From the NCBI GenBank assembly GCA_002633005.1, contig NMRA01000302.1:336704-400703 (forward strand): a stretch of DNA of 64,000 bases, given 5' to 3'. Made by a program: the position numbers and the translations under genes. Under the pieces are notes generated by a model, which searched no databases, was not told the origin of the DNA, and saw nothing but the letters and a program-made list of their open reading frames with translations. Numbering within the stretch: position 1 is the first letter of the stretch; every line of letters begins with the position of its first letter. This DNA comes from Phoronis australis. Taxonomy: Eukaryota; Animalia; Phoronida. Positions 1 to 12,083 of the stretch are shown here, piece after piece.

Positions 1-6
1 GAAATT

Positions 7-609
7 GTGAACCTTGTTTACCTGGTTGTACCTACGAGCAAATATCTTAGCTCTAAGCCCTACAAAGTATATGATTTTCTTAAAGGTAAATTAATTTCGT
101 AACAAAATTGATTATTATTATTTACTTGTGATTATTTTCGGTTATTGAAAGAAATTTTAAAACTATTCTTCTTCCAATCATATTGGTCTTATTTCAACAG
201 TCATGATACTAACAGCATTTTTGAGGGAAGTGTGTCTCAGATTTTTTAAATAGGTCCTAGTTTTTCGGAACGAAGCCTTCAAAAATCAAGAGTACGGCCA
301 ACTTGGCTCAATATTTCTTGCAAAATCGATAATTAAAAAATACGACCTATTTTATTATTCACCTGTTAACGGAATACTAATATGATTAGATGAACAATAT
401 TTTTAAAAACTCTGTTCAAAGTCAAAGAAAATCTTTTAACCAAAAACTAATTTTTGGTAAAATAATAAAGACAATGAATAAGAATAAAAATGTTGATAGG
501 AAATTTATTCACCATTCATGAAAAAATATTTTATAGAGGTTAGAGCAAAAGAATTTAAGATATTTGCTCATAAGTACAACATGGTAACTAAGGTTCACGG
601 TTATCTTAA
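7..609. mobile_element. MITE-like inverted-repeat element, left end near or beyond window edge, ending at TTAA
   Basis: 7-50 (gtgaaccttgtttacc...caaatatctta) is an imperfect reverse complement of 556-598. Homology to the paralogous region at about 40441 resumes right after ttaa at 606-609. Confidence 0.6.
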
Positions 610-1017
610 GCGAAATTAAATGTCAAATTGTCACTCTGCCGTAAATTGAATGATATGATAATATAGAACAAGGGCCTATTACTTTTGTGGATGTTCGTCC
701 TCTCGAGTAAGTCTGGATGCAACAACGCTAGCGAAAACGCCTGTAGTTTGGGGGTAACTGAAACCTCCGGATAAGCTCCAGCAGAAGTGACTCCTTTGAC
801 CGTTCACAATACTGGCGTTTTTGATGCTGGCGTCAGTGCCATGCAAAAAATCTAGCGCTTTATCCAGCGTACGATACGGGTAAAAAAGTAGCTTAGTGAG
901 ATGAGATAGGACTATTTTTAGAAAACAAATGTGTACAGGTCAACGCTGCAATTCCTCTGATGTCAACGATAACCCAGTGACTTTTTAAATTTTGCACGTG
1001 ACACATGGCAGTCTTAC

Positions 1018-1099
1018 CTCCAGTGGCCTGAGATATGAGAAGGCAGACGGCAATGTGTACCGGAAACACAACTGAAACAAGATGCGAAATAACGTGCAT
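1018..1099 (-). CDS. Signal-peptide exon 1 of paralog B of the Sushi-Ig-GPI gene (rest lies left of the window)
   Basis: [27 protein letters not shown]+G|gtaaga. Same 82-nt length and phase-1 donor as 40820-40901, 21/27 aa identical. Flanks 605-1130 are homologous to 40441-40930. Confidence 0.75.
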
Positions 1100-1384
1100 A
1101 AGTCTCGCCTGGACATTCCTTGGTCTTTGGTAACACCAACAATTTTAAACACTTTAATTTTTCTAAAGAAACATTACAGAATTTGAACACACTGACTGCT
1201 AGCTAACATTACATCCGGCATTGAGTCATCCGTAGATATCATAAAGTATTTGAAATCATCACGGTTGGTTTACTGATGCCGACGTGTGCCCCATGTTTCT
1301 TACATTGCCTTTCAGTGAACCAACAAATTGACTATAGCAACTCAGTAATTAAAATAACAGATCAGTTTTTGGCCACAATAAGAT

Positions 1385-3140
1385 TAAAAACCGGACTATC
1401 GCCGCACAAATAAAAAAGTTCATGTTCAATTCAACGTTTCGTTTTTTCATTAGACATCATCAGGATCATATTTACAACAATTTAGGACAACAAGTGCCAA
1501 CATACAGCTCAGGTAACATCCATAGAGTGAAGTGAGAGATACATAGAATATAGTCAGTAGCTGGTCATCACCATAGTTGCAGGGTCACTGAGCTCTGCAT
1601 GTTATTCAGAGAATCAGTGGCATGCTGGTTTTGAATGGCCAATGACTCTTTAATGTACAGTAACTCCTTATTATGTTCTCTGCAGATAATACTAACAGAG
1701 TTGGCTTAGTGATTGTAGCGAATACAATGCTTATACATGTATGTGTTACTTTTCTCTGAGGTGTGATGTTCTTTCAACCTGTCACAGAGGCGTCTTTGTG
1801 TGAGTCCTATATAGAATTCCTTACAGTTGTCACATTCAACCTCATACACAACCTTGTTTTTGTTCAATAAAGGGATGGGTGACTTGAGTTTAATCAGCAT
1901 ATTGGAAAGTTTCCGAAGAGGTTTGAAAACAACTATCAGTTCAACTGCTGGGTCTATGCAATGAATAAGGCGACATAACTGACGTTTCAATTTTATACTA
2001 CTTGGCCCGGTGTAACCAAGAGAAAAGAAAACTTTCTTTTTCTCGGTTCTAATAACAGCTACCTTATCTGCCTTATTCATTTTTGAAAGAAAGTGCCTTT
2101 TACAGCTATTCAGAAAATTCAGAGGATAACCATTGGCACGAAATAACTGGAAAATCGTAGCTACGTCACTATCAAAATTTAAATTGGTGGAGCAGATTCT
2201 CCAGGCACGGTGTAACAAGCAATTGACTAGACCTCTCTTGTACTGGATAGTCACAAAACTATCAATTTTAAGATAATGTCCAGAAAAACTGGGCTTACGA
2301 TACACAGATGTAACAACGGTGCTATTCTCACGTTCAACCAAGACATCTAGAAAAGGTAAACACGACTCAGATTCAATGGTGAAGTTGATGGACGGATGCA
2401 TATTGTTCATGTGATTAAAAAAGGTGTTGACTGCGCTCTTGGACGAAAACACAACAAACGTATCGTCAACATACCTACGATAAAATTGTGGTTTACAATA
2501 CGGTGGACAACTAGCCATAGCCTCAGTCTCGAGACTGTTTAACAGAACCATTTTCTGTTTGATGATAACTTTTATGATCAGATTGACGGAATAGCCATGG
2601 GTTCACTCCTGGGACCAGTGTTAGCTAATAGTTTCTTGTGCAATCTCGAGACTGAAGTCACCCATCCCTTTATTGAACAAGAGCAATGTTGTGTATAAGG
2701 TTGAATGTGACAACTGTAAGGAATTCTACATAGGACTCACACAGAGACGCCTCTGTGACAGGTTGAAAGAACATCACACCGCAGAGAAAATGCATTGTAT
2801 TAGCTACAGTCACCAAGCCAACTCTGTTAGTATTATCTGCAGAGAACTTAATAAGGAGTAACTGTACATTAAAGTGTCATTGGCCATTCAGAATCAGCAT
2901 GCCACTGATTCTCTGAATAACATATGCAGAGCTCAGTGACCCTGCAACTATGGTGATGACCAGCTACTGACTATATTCTATGTATCTCTCCCTTAATTCT
3001 ATGGATGTTACCTGAGCTGTATGTTGGCACTTGTTGTCCTAAATTGTTGTAAATATGATCCTGATGATGTCTAATGAAAAGACAAATAGTTGAATTGAAC
3101 ATGAACTTTTTTATTTGTGCAGCGATAGTCCGGTTTTTAA
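1385..3140 (-). mobile_element. Penelope-like retroelement, 5'-truncated, with inverted duplication of its 3' part
   Basis: ORF 1706-2551 carries RT motifs (YRRYVDDTF, LPFLDV, VYRKP) and a GIY-YIG endonuclease (VVYEVECDNCKEFYIGLT..R..EH). 1385-1885 is largely mirrored as an inverted copy at about 2655-3140. Confidence 0.9.
1706..2551 (-). pseudogene. Penelope-like RT C-terminus + GIY-YIG endonuclease fragment
   Basis: YVDD catalytic motif, thumb region YKRGLVNCLLHRAWRICS, GIY-YIG with CxxC. Confidence 0.88.
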
Positions 3141-3890
3141 AATAACAGAAGTTGTTAGCCAAAGCCTAGACAAAGCCATCAATATCTATTTTTTGCGAGA
3201 CGCCAATCAATTAGTCACTGGCCAGCAAGCTAACTGCACGTGTATGCCTGAACGTCAAAACACAAGAGCTACGGTTCAAGTTTAAAGTTGTTAAATTCAT
3301 AAATGCTCGTGTAGCGTTTCACAAAGTAGTTATAACAGGAACGAATTTTTTTAGTTACCCAAACTAAATTCTATCACTCTTTAAATACTCGAATTTTGCA
3401 GAAGGATACGTGAATACATTCCGTCTTTAGATGACTAGAACAGGCAGAATGGAGTTATGGAAGGAAAGAAGCGACGCTCACAATTTCAGTTCGCTACAAG
3501 TCTTTTTGCGGTCCTCGAGCAATGAGATTTACATCAAAATGTAACATGTCTACAGGGCATGTAGGTTGATGCAACTCCGACGACGCTAGGAGAGTCATTT
3601 CCTATTTCTCCACTTTAAAAAAAATAGGTGTCAATTTCAAAATAGTGCGCTCGTGACACAACGCCCACATTTGTTCGATTTTTGGTCTGGTGAATTGGCA
3701 TTTTTTCAGAGGTGGTAAAAACTTCGCCACAAAGAGAATTGGCTCAGATTTCGGCTGCTGGTAACAAAATGATCAAAGCTACTAACGAATTGAAACCTTT
3801 CCTAGCAATTTGTATACAGCTATGCTCCCCAATAACCATTTCTTGAGCAGAACCTATCATTTATTAGGAAGGGATGGGACAAAAGATCAG

Positions 3891-4041
3891 CCTCCCGTTC
3901 AGTAACGCTACGACCTCGCTAAAAAGCAAGACTTCGCGAGAATACGTGAGATTTCGCCGTGTATTTTGCATAAGAACACGTGAATTTGACTAGGTTTTAG
4001 CTAGGTCCTAGCGTAGGTCCTAGCGTCTACTGAACGCACGC
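3891..4041. mobile_element. About 150-bp MITE (Harbinger-like, CAG target duplication)
   Basis: Ends cgttcagta...tactgaacg, cag on both sides. Near-identical copy at 23841-23991; related elements at 17878-18015 and 49780-49922. Confidence 0.65.
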
Positions 4042-5919
4042 CAGACTAACGCCTCACCCAGTCCAGCCAAAGCGCCTCTTAGCAACTACCGAAGACACCG
4101 GGATGCACGACCAAAGTCCAAGAGTAACCTTTCGACAACTCGCCACCCAGATAGAAACGAAACGTGTGTTGTGACACACATTGTGGCACTCGACACATGT
4201 TGTCCCCGAGTATTGTTATATGTGGCTGTGGTAAAAAAGTGTATAAATTCATGTATATAGCTTTTGAAAGACTAGCAAAATAAAATCTAACAAAAACTGG
4301 AGCTAGAATGCCTTCGTTATGCTGTTTCTTGCGGATCTACAGCAAAGTGCCAAGAAATAGAGTGTTATTTAATTAATGGCCAATATCTTTTTTCGCCGAT
4401 TCTTTAATCAATGTTTCTTCTTTCCTTAGGTTGCGTACACTTCCCTGCACTGAATTTACTTGGAATGGTTTCTCTGTCACGAGTTTTTAGCATTTTAATA
4501 GCAGCAAATTGAATTTCCGATTATCTTTTCCTTCAGCGCAGCTCTCGTTATCTCACGAACGATGTCGATGTCGCAAAGTTCGAGCAAATGGCACGTGTGT
4601 GTGTCAAGTTGACGCGAATTTTTCTTTGTTACAAGTGGCGGAATTGACCACAGCCAGACGAATTTTCCAATGACTCTTAAACGTACAAATATATACACAA
4701 AACGTACCGAGGGTGGCGTTCATGAAGTAATATCGAACGAGACATTATTCCACTTATCGACCGAGACCGAAGGTGCTGCAACTACTTTCCATGTCAGAGG
4801 TCACTGTTGAAGTAGTGCGGGAGCTGAATACGGAAAACATTATTACATGTACATGGCCGTATTGCAATCGACAGATTCAACGCTTATGGGATAAACATAA
4901 AGGCTGGACACTAAAACTTTGCCGAGCCGAGGTTACCAACTTCAACTGTCCCAAATCGAAATGAAGGTGCGTGCATCTCCCTCAGACTAGTATTACATAC
5001 ACATCCTCTTTCGTAGATCGCATTAAATGGTTTTTGTGAGAGGTGAATTGGCAACGGAATCTCCACAGCAAACGGATTTCAATTGTTCTTTAACTTGTAC
5101 TCCTGTCAAGAAAAAACTTCGAATTTCATCAAGCACCCCCAATGTCAAAATCAAGAAATTTTTCACTAATTTAAATGATTGGGGTTATTAAAATTAGTAT
5201 TGCACTTATATGTGTAATTTGCTCGTTTCGTCATTTAACTTTGAATTTAGTTGCGAGAACTGCCGTATCTTGTGTTTCATCTTGACATCACGTGCTACTC
5301 TTGGTTGAAGCACAACGAACATTCGGCTTTTGTCGGAATTTTCCGATGTCTGACCGCATGTTTAACCAGAAGAAATCACTTATCGACCTGCCGGATTTCG
5401 CAATACGCCTACGTTAGTAGCCAGTATTCCGTGGTTTTTCGGATATATTTTACAAAACCAAAATTAAAACACATTCAAACTGACATTAAATTATGTGAAG
5501 GCACTCTGAATAACCGGATCTATACGAATGTCGTCTGCTATGAATGTCACAAAATAAGGTTGTTGAATTTGTGGTTTCGGCGTTTTTTGACATTTTTGTC
5601 GTCAAATCACCACTCCGCAGCAATTTGATGTGATCAAGCCAAAGAAGGCATTCAAACGTTTGTTCGATGCTGACTTCGTAGAGTTCCATGCACATTTGAG
5701 CAGAAAATTCTGAGCAAACATCGTTTTTAGTTTCAGTGGTGATCGAGGAACCGAGGAACTCAAGCGCCAGTGAATTTTGCATGTACCCTGTCTGCAGGTT
5801 TACAAAATGTCATGACAAGATGTAACAATTTTTTCGTCGCAACAACCTTGCACATTATAGCCTTTGCAAATATTGTAACCAACAATTTTGGAAGAATAGC
5901 GTCAAATTACAGCCTGTGG

Positions 5920-7440
5920 TAGCCAGCCAGCTAGGTGTATGAAGACTATCGTCAAAATACAGCTACATGTAGGTACCGTTTAGCCTTGGGTACAAAGCTG
6001 TATACTAAATATGCAGTTTTGCGCCAACGTGGGTAAAACCTGACCAGATAAAATACGACACAAAATAAGTGTCATTAAAAACTACACACTTACTTGAGTA
6101 AATAACATATTTCTGGTTTTGGAGAAATTGGAGTTCTACCCTTATTCTGCTGTTAAACCCGTGGAGTGATCTTCTGCGTTGACTTTCGTCACCTATTGGC
6201 CAGTTTCTTTTTTCGCCAATTCTTCAATCAGTTGCAGCTATTTCACGAGGTTGCGTACAGGTCACAACAAATTATCGGAACTGGTTACACTTCATTATGA
6301 GATTTTAGAATTTTGATACCAGCAAACAGCATACAGCTTTGTACCAAGGTTATCATGTACCTAGCTGTACTTTGACGATAGTCTTCGTACAGCTGTCTGG
6401 CTGGCTAGTAGCCTTGGTACAAAGCTGGAAAGTAAAATATACAGCTTTGCACTGATATGGGTAAAAAAGTGGTAAGAAGAAATCTGACACAAAAGTAGTG
6501 TCATTAAAAACTACAGTCTTCCTTGAATAAACTAGATTATTTAACGGTGTAGGAAAAAATGACGTTCTGCCGTTATTGCTGCTAAAGTTGTGGAGCGATC
6601 TTCTGCGTGGACTTTCGGCGCCATGAAATATTGCGTCACCTATTGGCCAGTTTCTTTTTTCTCCGATTCTTCAATCAGCTATTGTTCTTTCACGAGGTTG
6701 CGTACACGTCACAACAAATTATTGGAACGGGTTTCACTTCATTACCAGTTTTTAGAATTTCGATACCGAAAAACCGAATTTCAGAACAAATTTTGCTGCT
6801 GCGAAGTTGTCGCAAAAACTTCGGAGATAACGCGTGCACGTGGCACGAGCGTACTGTTTTCAAAACGGCAACATACTTTTCATTGTTACGAAAGGTCGAA
6901 AATGACGCAAAAAATGACGTTTGTTGCATTGATTTTCACTTAAACGGTTGTAAAGGGCAAGGTGAGGGTTGACTGAGTCCTAGATTTTGCATGCACCCCG
7001 TCCGGTCTTTAGTTTTACATGTTGAAACAAGTTTCACCATAGATTATAGACAAAGTCTATGGTTTCACTGCGAGGTGACGAGCAGAACTACCCTGGCTGT
7101 GTGCAATTTCGGGGTCTATGGAAGATAAGCACACAGTGATACGTACACTGTAGCTGTATTTAGACGATAGTCTTCATTTGGGACAGTTGAAGTTGGGAGC
7201 CTCGGCTCGGCAAAGTTTTAGTGTCCAACCTTTATGTTTCTTATTTTTGGTTATGAGTCATCGGGAAATTCGAGCGCCTGTGATTTTTTCCAACACTGTT
7301 AAATAATTTCGATTACTCAAGGAGGAGTGTAGTCTTTAATAATACTAATTTTGTGTCAGATTTTATCTGCTCAGTTTTTTACCCACATCTGCGTTATATA
7401 TATTTTTATAGGCCTACAGCTTTGCGCCAAGGCTAAGCCA
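5920..7440. repeat. Compound non-autonomous element with tandem and inverted subunits
   Basis: 5985-6350 is repeated at 6410-6800. Motif gactatcgtcaaaatacagct occurs in both orientations; related pieces at 4370-4520 and 23780-24020. Confidence 0.55.
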
Positions 7441-8029
7441 GTGGGCGATAGCAGTGATGGGTGTAAGTGATATATAGACTTCAAAATTTCACATATTTGT
7501 GGTGTCGCCCGGGAGAAAATAACTACCCATTGCGACAATGAAGGTTGCATTAATCCCTCGCGCTTTTTACGGGCCAGCTAAAATGTTGTGATGGAATGGA
7601 GTGAATGTTGCTTGCTCGGCCTTCCCTTATTTTGCCATGAGTTGCGACGATCAGGCATATAAAGTTTGTTCCTATCTGATTCTTGAGAATTTTTGCAACG
7701 GGTTTCTAAACATGCACTTAACCTCCACAACCTACCTTCGATGTAATCCGCGAACATTGCACTGGGTTTTTTTTCAGAACGTACGCTGATCTTGATTTTA
7801 GCGTTCAATCAAAAAGTTGTAGGAAACGCAGTTTCTTTCCAGATGAACACGCGGTCATACAATCATGATCCGTCATTAGCAGAACAACAACAAAAACAAG
7901 CATATCCATTCTTATAGTCATTCACACCTCAGGAAAGAACATTGTCGTATCTCGTATAAAGTTAATTGCTACATGTACATGAAGTTACCGTGAAGAATAA
8001 AATTGTCCCTTTCCTCAGAGAAGCTGTCA

Positions 8030-8700
8030 TACACAAAATTTTCATCCGCAATTAATTTTCCAGCATGATAGTTCTCATGAGTATATGTAACAAACTTGAG
8101 AATATTAGTTATACTTTTGTGGCGCCTATATGTATTGTTTGGCTAGTAATAACAAATTGTTAAATACATTGTAGAGCAGCGTGTGTCTCATGAAGTTCAA
8201 GACCAACACATTTGTAAGGGAAACAGTCAGGAGGTTGAATGAGAAACTTTTAAAGTACTTTTCTCATTTTCCTTCCAAAAATGTTCTACAAGCGGACCTT
8301 CCCAAAAAAGGCGTGACACCGTATCTGGAGAAACCCCAATTTGGAGTTTGACTAAAAGGTTTTTGTCCCAATAGCACTGTGTAATATTCCAAATTGGAAC
8401 CTTTTTAAAGCAATGTTTTCTTTCAATCTAACTCTCTATTTCCCTTTTGCACACTGACTTGGAGGTTTCTTGATGTTGTTAAAAAGAGAACGAATATGTC
8501 TACACTTCACATCCTTCCGTAAGTGGATAATTGCTAAAGGCACGCTAGGAGAATTGCATCTAAATACCTAATCTTTTAATAACAGTTACTCTACCAAACG
8601 GCGTTAAATTTCGTCGACTCCAATTTTTTAATAAAGACTTGATCACCGCCACTTTTGCAGTGAAGCTCTTTTGCGTCATACTATCTGATTGAGTATCAAA
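8030..8700 (-). mobile_element. L1/Tx1 non-LTR retrotransposon fragment (post-RT and 3' end)
   Basis: IKSLLKNWSRRNLTPFGRVTVIK; 3' part homologous to 42860-43350. Confidence 0.7.
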
Positions 8701-9309
8701 ATAGTAGTATAGTAAGTTGTTTAGGCGCCCCATTTTATGAGAGTCCTCGTTCAAAGGTCATAAGTCCGAAATGAAACGTCAACGGTCACGGGTGATAGAT
8801 GCAACCTAAAGAACCATCATCCGCCTACCGAACGGAAGTGTCAATGACGTCACACCTCATTACGTAATAGGTTTAATTGGACCCGTTAGAGTGGGACATC
8901 GATCCAAGGTCAAGATCATGCGTGTAACCGAAAAACGTCGGTAAACCCGGGAAGGATGACGAGGTTGAATTGGAAATCACGTGACTGCTGACGTGATCAA
9001 GTAAGTTAGGGCGTGGCACCGTCCGCCATCCGGATGTTCTGACACGAAAAAGATGACGTTGGGTTTGTTCAACTGATCGAAAATGGAGCCTCCACGGTAG
9101 GAGTTACTTTCATCAATTTTGTATGAGTTATAAGAATAACAATTATGGAAACTAGTTCAAAGGTGGTAAACTGAAACGTCAACGGTCACGTGTGATGGAT
9201 GCAACCGAAAGGACCATAATGCGCCTACCGGACGGAAATGTCAATGACGTCCTACGCCTTTCATTCGCAATGAGACAAAAGGGAAGGATACAACGTAAGG
9301 TTGATGGTA

Positions 9310-9660
9310 AATTAAGACGAGTGAACTACGATCCAAGGCACCCAGGAGGTTTTGGAGGAATAGACTCCACTCAACAAGGCCTGAAAGGCAAATCGTAGAA
9401 ATGATTGTGAAAAAATGGCTCAGTAACCAAGACACTTACCTGTAAGTTCGGCACAAACCTCTGGTTAGAAATTTTAGGAGACGACATGTTGTTGTGTATA
9501 CACTGACCAACAGTTTCAGGCGGACTTTGTAGACGTGTTCAAGTTGGCAAAATTTAATGACGGTCACAGGTACATTCTTACCTGTATAGACGTACTCATT
9601 AGGTGTTCCACTCAGAGATAAGACGGGAAAAAGTTTAGTTGAAGCTTTTAAATTTTTTGT
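9310..9660 (+). pseudogene. Polinton-type retroviral-like integrase fragment (frameshifted)
   Basis: YDPRHPGGFGGID, VKKWLSNQDTY, HKPLVRNFRRRHVVV, QFQAD.VD, NDGHRYILTCIDV read across frames. Confidence 0.8.
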
Positions 9661-9667
9661 CTCTGGT

Positions 9668-10717
9668 TTGGGTGACGAATACGTGGACTTGGCAAACGCG
9701 GAATTTTACGTCAGGGCAAATATAGCCAATGCAGATGGATCGGATATCGCTGCGGATGTCGACTGTGCCCCAACCAACGTGTGGCTACATTCGATGTTCA
9801 GTAAAGTCGTTGTCTTACGGGAGGACAAGAACGGACATTTAACTGCATCGCTATATGATACAAGGATACTAGCGGTAAATTTGACACCCTAAGCGACGTT
9901 GATTTAGGATACAAGACACGTAAAACCCTTGCGGCAGGAAGCGCTACCATTATTTTAAAAGGGAAACTCCACATGTATTTATGCAATACAGATACCTACT
10001 CAACAACGTTGACATAACAATAATATTGGTGCAGAGCAAGAATTCGTTCGCCGTCATGTTCCCGACGGCGGCTGCGAGTTTCAAAATCAAGATCAAAGAC
10101 GCAGCCTACGGCGTGAGGAAAGTGAAACTCAGCCCCACTGTGCAACTAGCACAAATGAAGGCCCTCGAGAAAAGCACTGCAAAGTACCCTCTGCGACGCG
10201 TCGAATACAAAGTGTTTTCAATCCCCGCCCAACACCTGTCTATGACGCAAGATAATTTGTTTTTAGGTCAAATTCCGAAGAGGGTCATCGTGGGCTTTTG
10301 TGATACTGGCGCCTATAACGGATCGTATGGCAAGAACCCTTTCAATTTTAAACTTTGCTGTATCAATCATCTCTTTCTATATATATAAACGTCGACGGGG
10401 TGCAAGTTCCTTCTAAACCCCTGAACCGAAATTTTGAGCTTTCACCACCTTGTTTTCGGCAACGGGGCAGAATTATGGGGACGAAGGACGACATAGGACG
10501 TCTGGATTATGCCGGTGGCAACACGCTGTTTGCTTTTGGTCTGACCCCTGGCCTATGGAATGGCGGTCACTTTAATCTCATAAAACAAGGAAACCTCCGC
10601 TTGGAAGTTGATTTCCCGTCGGCGCTGCCTTCTACTATAAACGCCGTTTGTTATGCCGAGTTTGAGAACATTGTGGAAATTGACAACTTTCATATCCAAT
10701 TCTTTGAATTAAAATAA
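9668..10717 (+). pseudogene. Polinton/adintovirus major capsid protein (F54H12.2-like), frameshifted and partly deleted
   Basis: EYVDLANAEFYV, LHSMFS, RYLLNNVD, AKYPLRRVE, DNLFLGQIPKRVIVG, GSYGKNPFNF, GNLRLEV, YAEFENIVEID. Confidence 0.85.
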
Positions 10718-11790
10718 TGCTTTGTAACCCTCGACAGCCCTCAAAAGCTTTGGAAAACTGGGAAATTCTTTTTGAAGTGTGCAAAATGGATGACTGAACG
10801 ACAATTGATTGAAATCATCAACTCGGAGTTGAGTATCCTTTAAACACCAGTACAGTGAGGTTGTGTCTTAACGTCCTGTTTCCTTTTTCAATGATGGGAA
10901 CATAATCTTTAATGAGTTGCCTTTGTTTCCAGCGTGGTAGCAGTCATCAGTTGTATGTATCTGTGGTCATGATTTCACCTGTTCTTTTTGGGAGTTGGCG
11001 CAACTTAAAAAGAGCCATTTACAGGAAGCTTGTAGGACATCAAGTTGAAGTAGCCTTATAACACCCTTTTCATGGAATATGACCGTGCAAAACGCGCCTT
11101 CTGAGAAAATCAACCCGTCTATGTCATGTATGAACCCCCCCCCCCTCCCTTTCTAGGAACGGGTAAAGTCGTTCTTCTTCTAACTGCTTCTCCTGCAAAC
11201 AATAATACGATAAAACGGAAATGTTTAAATTGTTAGACACGATAGAAGACCACTCCCTCTCCTACTATTGAGTCACTAGACGAAGCACGCGCTGCTAGAG
11301 TGACTCCAAAAGAACATTCCGTGGGTACTCGCTTCCCTCCCCAACCACCAAACACTCCCTGAACCCTTCAACAGAACAGCTTCTTATCGGCATGGCAGCG
11401 AAATAGCGCGTGCACCTAAACTTTACAGTAAAAAAATTACCTAAAGTTTTTTTCTAACAACAACTTCGTTTAATCTTTAAAAGGTTTAAGTTGTGTACCG
11501 GTTATCTTGCTAAATCTTGTTAGTTTTGTTTCTTCAACATCAGTGTTTATCAAAGTGATTACTTTGAAATGAAGGAATCTCCCTCAAGGGGAGACGAGGA
11601 CACAGTTTCCCAGATAGGTAGTCTTCCACTACATTTTGGAGTGCGTGAAACGTTTGACTTGTTTGCAAATTTTACGTAATTCTGTATGAAGACATTCCCC
11701 AGAAGAAACTTTCACGTGAAACATCCACTTCAAAAGTTTTGCTGGATTAGTGTAGTGTCAAAAGAGGTCGGCTCAAGCAAATTGAGACTG

Positions 11791-11796
11791 TTTATT
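11791..11796 (-). promoter_or_regulatory. Candidate polyadenylation signal of gene A
   Basis: AATAAA on the minus strand about 125 nt downstream of the stop codon at 11920. Confidence 0.45.
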
Positions 11797-11919
11797 GTCT
11801 ATTTTGTGTTACACGTTTTGCTATGCACTTGTTGTTTACTTGGTTTTTTGTCAATGACCACAAAACTTTACTTGTATTCAGACTCGACTCGAAAGTTCGT
11901 GACTTCCCTGATATGTGCA

Positions 11920-12083
11920 TTAATGGAAAAATATCGTTGCGGCCAAAGTCAAAGCAAGCATTGCTGGTCTGGTCATCTTTGCCTTGGAGCCTACGTTCTC
12001 TATACTTGCGTCCATTTCTTGGAAGTCGGCGTAGTGTTCCGCTTCCTTTTCCGCGTCTACCACAAACTTTCCTTCGACTTTCT
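11920..12083 (-). CDS. Gene A exon 9: acidic stalk + GPI-anchor signal
   Basis: ttttcag|AG AAA...: [54 protein letters not shown]. Small residues, polar spacer, hydrophobic end, no cytoplasmic tail. Confidence 0.8.

Larger units (their letters stand above)
8703..11100 (+). mobile_element. Internally deleted Polinton/Maverick (adintovirus-like) remnant
   Basis: Starts agtagt (Polinton-type terminus) where the L1 fragment is interrupted. An integrase N-terminal part is followed by a major capsid fragment. Right boundary uncertain. Confidence 0.75.

Noticed and set aside
6590-6972. Overlapping ORFs of about 120 aa
   Set aside because: They lie within a non-coding repeat whose other copies do not keep the frames
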